From Macrostomum lignano (Eukaryota), in contig NIVC01004941.1 of assembly GCA_002269645.1 (NCBI GenBank), positions 1-30,662 of the forward strand: a stretch of DNA of 30,662 nt, written 5' to 3'. The notes below the pieces were generated by a model. It was not told the DNA's origin, made no database searches, and saw only the letters and a program-made list of their open reading frames with translations. Of the stretch, positions 21,613-30,662 are shown piece after piece; positions within the stretch are counted from its first letter, which is position 1, and every line of letters starts with the position of its first letter. Made by a program: the position numbers and the translations under genes.

Positions 21613-21915
21613 CTGCAGTGGTTCGTAGACTTTCCGATTCCATCGCTCCGATGCGACCTGGCGACGCCTCAGCCGAGCAAGGCCAGCGTCAAACAGCAAG
21701 CCATTGATTTTAGCGGTAAGCGCTCGCTCAGTATTCTGCAATCGGTCGCAATCCTCGGCAGTAGCTAACAGCTCAGCATTGGACCGGGCCTCAATCACTG
21801 TCACCATTCGTTCGCTAATCCAATTCTGCAACTGATCGGTGTGGCCGATGCTCTTCTGCGAATCGACTCGAACAGATCGCGTGGAGGTGGCTGAGCTGGC
21901 TCGTGAACAGGACAT
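21613..21915 (-). CDS. FAM228B: FAM228-family protein, exon 1 (101 codons)
   Basis: ATG at 21915. RRRQVASERWNRKVYEPLQ resembles FAM228B RRKEMLYKRWVDCVADPLQ (recalled). It ends at a phase-0 donor CAG|GTGTGA. Confidence 0.65.
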
Positions 21916-22923
21916 TGTATTGGCTTCTTGAATGACGATTACCTCTATGACATGAATGTATCTACCTAGTATGTAGTAGTGTCTAAGCCCAAGCGAGGTC
22001 TAAAAAGGACTAAAAAAATAGAAGGCCATTTTTATCAGAATTCTAAGAAATTCTGAACCCTGATGCCAAATTAAAAACTAAGATGCTAAGTGGAATAAAT
22101 AAAGTTTAAAATTAAGAAAATTTGCTATATCTTTAACCTACCCCTCACACTGTTCTAACTTTAAGCCTTTGACCCAAGTCATAAATTCTCAATCTAGGCA
22201 TACTTACATAGCTATTTTACTGAATTTTATTTTATTTAATATCAATGAGCAAATAGGGCTTTGGCCTAATTTAATCTGCTACAGGTTTGGTAAGTTGGCA
22301 TAAAAAATAGAAACCTATCAATTTGGCATTGGGGTCCAAATCCAAGATTGGCCTACCAAAATGAAAGTTGGGATGCCATGACTATGGCACCTATATCAGT
22401 GGCGTAGGCAAGGGGGGATACGGGGATATATCCCCCCGTGGGCCTGGTCATTGGGTTTATTTGCCCAGTCAATACTGATTACTGTAGTAATAATGTTGTC
22501 GATATATATACTATAGTACTACATTATTTGATTCTTATAGCTGAACAGAATTCTAATCCAAAAACTGTCTAATAATACACATGTAACATGAATATGGAAG
22601 ATAGCACAATAAAAACTCCTTCCTAGTTTTGCCTCTGCCTCTGGCTTAGTGTGAGCCAGAGTGTGAGCGTGAGGAAGAGTGAGGCTTAGGAGGGAGTCAG
22701 AGTGAGAGGCTGAGGGGTGAGGGCAATATAGTCGTATATGTACATCCTATACACGACTCCTATTCCTATATGTACATCTTCAGTTCTTCACCCTCCCAAG
22801 TCCCAACCCAAGGCCCAAGGCCCAACCCCAAGTGAAATAAAACTGAGACATTAAGCATACTCTCAGCCAGGAACCCTCACTCCTTATAGCCACCATAGTA
22901 TTCTGGAGCCACTATAGTATAGT

Positions 22924-25596
22924 ATGGCCCCACCTCCAACAAAACAACCGAAGATAGATCGGTTTTTTATCTCGCAACAATTGCTGCACAGGCAGCACAG
23001 CCAGAACTCATCTGTATCTACTACAACGTCGACTACAAAAATAATGACTACTGCTACTGTTTTTGCTATCTCTGGTTTACATGGAGATGGAAATGCAGAG
23101 TGCCCAGGCCCGGACTCTGTCCCTGTCGCTGCTCCTGCTTTGGAAGTGTTGCGTGTGAGTATAAATTCTGTCTCTCCACCTAAGCCGCCACTACCATCCA
23201 CTGAGATTGCTGCTCCAGATATATATGATGCTGTGCAGCTTCGAATGCAAGGCAAGCTATTTGCTGAACATTGTCGTTTTTTGTGAAAGAAGTATTGAAC
23301 GTTTATGAGAGCTACAAGCTTCCTTTCACTGAGGGAAAGAGGCAGAAGTATAGGCTACACCATCATCATCTCAATGGAGTGAACAGCTGTTTCTACTTTT
23401 CACCAAAGCAGCAGGGAGTCTTCTGTCTGCCTTGTGTACTTTTTGCACCCTCAACTGGCATTGGTGAGAGAAACAAACAAGAGCTTGAGCTTGGTCAGCT
23501 CGTAACAACACCAGCTACCAACTTCAAGAAGATTACCGAGATTTACACTAAGCATCGTAATTGTCACTACCACCAGCAGGCATGCGATACATTCCACCAG
23601 GTTGAATTGCAAGCAGCCACAAATGCTGCTGATGTGTCAGCGCAAATGAAGACATCAGCTAGTGTAGCTCCCTACTGGATAACCAGTATATATTTGAGGC
23701 TGTCATCCAGGCAATCGAATACCTTGGGCGCACAAACCAGGGTCTGCGTGGCCATTGAGAAGATGCAGGAAGATTAAAGGTTCCTGACGGATGTGAACAT
23801 GTCAATTACACACAAGGAAATTTGCAAGCTCTACTTCAGAGAGATGCTATCAAAGATAAAAAGCTAGCAAGTCTCCTGGAGAGTAGACCTCTCACTTATA
23901 CTCGCCTTTCACCTGCCGTACAAAATACGCTGATAGACTGCATTAACACTGTAATGACTCGCGCAGTTGTTCAGCCAATTAAATTGTTCTATGCCATTAT
24001 TGTCGATGGAACAAGTGATATTGCACGTTCTGAGCAACTCTCAATCACAATTCGCTATGTCAACAACGATGAAGATGTTCAAGAGCACTTTGTTGGCTTT
24101 GTAGAACTAAAGGAACAAGATGCTCCTGCAATCGTTCATACCATTGATGCAAAGCTGGAGCTCTTGCAACTGGACAAGTCACTTCTTGTTGCGCAAGGCT
24201 ACGACGGTGCTTCGGTTATGAGTGCTGAAGGTGGTGTTCAAGGTCAAATTCGAAGAACATGCCCTAATGCTATCTACATCCACTGCTCCAGTCACTGTCT
24301 CAACCTGTGTACCAGGGCAACAGTAGACAGCAAGCGAGGCATTCGGGAACTGAAGAGTGTCTATGCCACACTTGATGCTGCATCCAAGCACTTCTCGCAT
24401 TCAGCAGTCAGGACAAAGAAGTTTGCTGAACTTGTTGCAGCTAAGCAGTGATGCCACAGACAGAGCGCCTCAAGATGCGATTGAAGCCATTCTGCCCAAC
24501 ACGGTTCGTGGACAGTATAGATTGTGTCTCTGACTTCCTGGCTGTCTTTGATGTGGCTGCAGAGTACTTTTATTCCGCGGACCTGTCTGTGTACAACAAC
24601 GTCAACTCAGTGACTATCGTTGGCATTCATGTCCTTCAATCACTGCTCGGTTCAATGAGTGGTCTTTCAGTCGTACTTCAAGCAAGTGCTTCTATCAGAT
24701 TAATGTGATGATATGCCTGAAACGATGTCAAGTTCATGTCATATTAATATTTATGATTTTTTGTGCATGTGCGGTCGGCTAATCTAATCTCATTTTAAAC
24801 CTTTTTCATCGCAGGGGAAGGCCATGGACCTCATCGTTGCTAGTGAGGAGGCTGATCGAGTTCTCCAACTTCTAAGGACTTGGAGAAGTGACAGTTCGAA
24901 TGCAAAATTCAGAGAGCTGTTTGAAGCTGCCGACAGACTTCACAAGCGACATAATGACGATCAGTCAATTCCCAATAAGTACAAAGCACTTCCTTCGCAG
25001 CGCAGCCAACATCGCAGCAATTCACATAGTGGTGATACTTTTGAGAACTTTAAAGTGAATGTCTGGTATCCTACACTAGATCTCGTAATTTCCGAGCTCA
25101 GTGAGCGCTTTTCAAGATCAGCCAAGATTGTCATGAAAATGACCAAGCTTTTACCTGCTAACTGTGTCAATGCAGAGGCCACTCTGGCTGCAATGGAGGC
25201 ATTCAATGAGTACAGCTTCTTTCTGGAGCCAGTCGCAATATGCGCTTAGCTGAATTTGAATGCTGGCAAGCATTCTGTAGGAGCCTGCCATCAGCTGAGC
25301 AAAGTACCATGACCATCTCCAACAGGACCAACATAATCAAGCACTGCAATAAGGGTCTTTGGCCAAACATCCATGACCTACTGACAATCTTTCTCACCAT
25401 CCCAGTGGCAACCTGCACAGCTGAAAGATCATTTAGTGTGCTTTGTTTTTTGAAGACACATACCAGGTCAACCATGGGCAAGAGCCGGCTGAATGGACTT
25501 GCAATGCTGTAAGTGCACAAAGACATTCAACTGCCATACAAGCGTGTGGTTGAGGAATATTCACAGCATTTCGACTTGTGCCTGCGGCTGTTGTAA
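22924..25596 (+). pseudogene. hAT transposase pseudogene (ZMYM1/THAP12-like: TTF-type Zn finger, DUF4371 region, DDE core, hATC dimerisation domain)
   Basis: Motifs in order: FSPKQQGVFCLPCVLF, GLRGH*E (TGA 23756-23758), IIVDGTSD, QGYDGASVMS, IHCSSHCLNL, LKPFCPTRF, WYPTLDLVISELSERF, PVATCTAERSFS, RSTMGKSRLNGLAML*VHKD. Frameshifts occur near 23275, 23690, 24449 and 25240, plus premature stops. Confidence 0.92.
24682..24814 (+). other. Putative 133-nt intron in the transposase (GC-AG or mutated GT-AG)
   Basis: CAA|GCAAGT ... gCTAAT branch-like site, ctttttcatcgcAG|GGG AAG GCC ATG. Splicing joins LSVVLQ to GKAMDLIVA in frame. Confidence 0.65.
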
Positions 25597-26885
25597 TTGT
25601 GAGCTATCTACCTTTATTGTGTCAGACTACCATGAGTCTCCTATTATAACTCCTTTGAGTATAGTCACTCATTGTTGTTTTTATTTTGCATATATTGCAC
25701 TAAAAATATATTGGTTCTGACTATGGAAAGCATAGTGCATGCTAGTGCATGCTACGCTCATAGTGCAATTCAAAAACAATTTTCATTTACTAAAGCATTT
25801 AGTAGAAAGATTTTTTTTTTTTTTTTCATTAAATTATGAATTTGAATATGTATTTTCATAGAATTGGAAACTTGACTAGCCATTCAAAGCTATCAAGCAC
25901 TTATATATTTGATTTATAGCACTTAATTTTCCTGTGACCTGCCCATTAGGCCAGCAAATACAAGTAGCAACAGCTACTCACATCCCTGCATCCCCCATGA
26001 GAAATTCCTGGCTATGCCCCTGACTTATATATTACAGAAAAACTTACATAGGTCCTAGGGTCTAGTCTATTATATTTTGCACGTATTGTCTATATATGTA
26101 TATATCCTTTGATATATATGCCTATAATATATATATATATATATAATATATAGTCTATTAAGAATATATATTCAATTGACAATTTTATCTATACCTCTAG
26201 TTCCACAACCAATCCCAAAAAATAAAGGTAAAAAGTATAGAGGATAATCAAGAAAAAAAGTCTAAAACACTAATATAAAATAGTACAAATTCATATCTAG
26301 AAATTATTATGCATTAATAAGCTTACTAAGCCTAAGGTTTAGTTAGTTAGGGTTAGGCCCTATTGTTAGGAAGGTGTCTAGTATATGCTAGAATTTTTTG
26401 GGCAAAATTTTAAGTAAATATGCCAAATATGCCAAAAATTAGAAATGTTATTGTTACAATAAAGCACTTTTTTCCATTGTTACATTAATATTTATATGTA
26501 TATTATAACAAAAAAGTGTCATGTTTAGTACTCCTATATAAAAACTTGCAATTACTTAAAGTTATAATAGGCCTACCTGAATTCTCTAAAATAATACTAT
26601 CATGTTCAATAACTTTTTATTTGCATTTTAATTACCTCTTAACCCTTTGTCTTTTTTGAAATGTTCTATGTTTTATCTTTGTTACAGAAACTAGAAACTA
26701 GATTTCCACTTCTACCTATTTTAAATTTTTTTATATCACTTTTCATATGCCAAATACAACTTCTTTAAGATTCAAGCATACAAAATATGTAGGGGCCTAT
26801 ACCAATAAGCTATGTCTAGCCTATGAAGGGCTAGGCCTAATGCATGCCAAAAAATGTTAGCATATTACTAACATTACTAGCAAGA

Positions 26886-27071
26886 CTGCAGCGCTAAAAT
26901 GAGTGTCTGCAGCACTAAAATGAGTGCCTGCAGCGCAAAAATGAGTGCTTATGCCTTATGGTGCCAAAATTAGTGCTTGCAGGCTGCAGCACTAAAATGA
27001 GTGCCTGCAGCGCAAAAATGAATGCTTGCGGCGCAAAAATGAGTGCCTGTGGCACTTTATAAAATGAGTGC
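26886..27071. repeat. ~8 x 21 bp imperfect repeat (CTGCAGCGCAAAAATGAGTGC), probably subterminal repeats of a non-autonomous DNA transposon
   Basis: CTGCAG recurs at 26886, 26907, 26928 and onward, lying just inside two TIR-like ends. Confidence 0.8.
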
Positions 27072-27143
27072 TGACAATATGGATTCTGAAAATAATTGGT
27101 ACATGATAATGTGCATTTTCCATATAAAAAAATCTAACTCAAC

Positions 27144-27232
27144 AGGGGCATGCGCCGCGTGCCCCCGCTTTAAATCCGTCACTGAAACTGCTACCTGCCC
27201 CCCCCAGTTTTTGAAACGTTCCTACGCCTATG
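27144..27232 (-). mobile_element. Two stacked hAT-like terminal sequences (ends at 27184 and 27232)
   Basis: Reverse complements CAGTGACGGATTTAAAGCGGGGGCACGCGGCGCATGCCCCT and CATAGGCGTAGGAACGTTTCAAAAACTGGGGGGGGCA resemble the CAG[T/G]GGCG-type termini of the neighbouring hAT. Partner ends were not securely found. Confidence 0.45.
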
Positions 27233-28143
27233 CCTACTTATTGTACATCCGATGTATTGTACATGTATTGTAAATAGCCTACTAACATACTCTGCTACGA
27301 GCGCGTAGCAGAAGTACTATTGCTTTACTGTATGTTGAGTCCTATCGTATTTCAAACGCAAATGCGCTGTTTTTGGTGATAGGCTTCGTGCTCGTTGTCG
27401 TGGTAGCCGTTAGATTAGCGTAGCCATCCCATTCCTTAATTTACTTATCGAGTTAGTTAATAGTTAGTTAAGATAGTCCATCCGCATCCAGTATAAATAA
27501 TATCAGGAAATAATTCCGCATCCAGGCCTAGTCTTATAGGCTTTAATTATACACAAAGACAAAAAATATACAATTATACGAATCAAATAAAGGCAAATTA
27601 CACCCACTAAAGGTGCATTTGTTTATCAATCATTACAATGAAGTTAATTTAAATTATTCGATTTCAAGGAACTAATATGATCGATCGACATTCGACACTG
27701 ACGGCCGCCCGCACGCGATCATGTTATTGTTATTTTAAACCCTAATTTTAATTGTGTAACTAGTATTTAGGATTTATAAATTATTTCAATACTTAACTCA
27801 TATATATATTTCTTTTAATATTACTTAATATTTTTAATTTGTGATGAATATTAAAGGCTGTTTTCTTTTAAAAACTTCCTAACATTGTTGTTAAATTGCG
27901 TTAGTTACCTGCTTCCGGCAAAAATTAAACTTTACTTTTTATTAATTACGCACTGTTTATATATGTTAGGATGAACATCAAGTCAAAGATTCTTATAGAA
28001 CTAAAATGATTGATATCTAAATTTTCTATTAATTTGGTCTTTTATGGGGTGCACATAAATAAAAAATCTTCGATAGAATAGAATATAATGACTACCAATC
28101 GCGGTGTCACTTTTTCTGCTTTCACTTTAATCTCTGAGTTTGA

Positions 28144-30662
<2,519 letters not shown>

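Larger units (their letters stand above)
22397..26022 (+). mobile_element. hAT-superfamily DNA transposon (Tip100/Zaphod-like), 3626 bp, defective
   Basis: Left end CAGTGGCGTAGGCAAGGGGGGATACGGGGATA; right end (reverse complement) CAGGGGCATAGCCAGG...GGGGGATGCAGGGATG. The flanks ACCTATAT (22389-22396) and ACTTATAT (26023-26030) are a 7/8 match for an 8-bp TSD. An internal transposase is present. Confidence 0.88.

Noticed and set aside
20741-21643. Cys/Pro/Ser-rich 120-300-aa ORFs
   Set aside because: They are translations of the intronic 23-25-bp array of the FAM228-like gene.
22397-27232. Pairing the hAT left TIR with the 27232 end (10/12 match)
   Set aside because: The flanks do not form an 8-bp TSD in register. 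The 26022 end gives a 7/8 TSD and shares the GGGGGAT..GGGAT subterminal motif.

Overview
Eukaryotic (animal) genomic DNA, with no bacterial features. Intron-poor genes, tandem-repeat-filled introns and spacers, and a LicD-family gene suggest a free-living flatworm such as Macrostomum (inference only). The left 22 kb holds four host genes, all on the minus strand and head-to-tail: a FAM228-like gene (2 exons), an intronless VPS29, a ~1265-aa Arg/Ser/Asp/Lys-rich repeat protein, and an intronless LicD/fukutin-family phosphotransferase. The ORF track splits the repeat protein into two ORFs, but a GT-AG intron joins them in frame. Both inferred host-gene introns and all three spacers between these genes contain unrelated minisatellites (15, 21, 22, 23, 33, 35, 40 and 41-bp units). 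Most other ORFs in the track are artefacts of these stop-free arrays. The right 8 kb is transposon-derived: a 3.6-kb decayed hAT (Tip100/ZMYM1-like) element with TIRs, a near-perfect 8-bp TSD and an intron; orphan hAT-like termini; and a 5'-truncated, frameshifted non-LTR retrotransposon (APE-RT-RNase H) running off the window end. The most interesting signals are two. First, a recurring array -> AATAAA -> splice-acceptor module between co-oriented genes, which resembles an operon resolved by trans-splicing. Second, inverted single copies of two downstream arrays lie in the 5' leader of the RS-rich gene.
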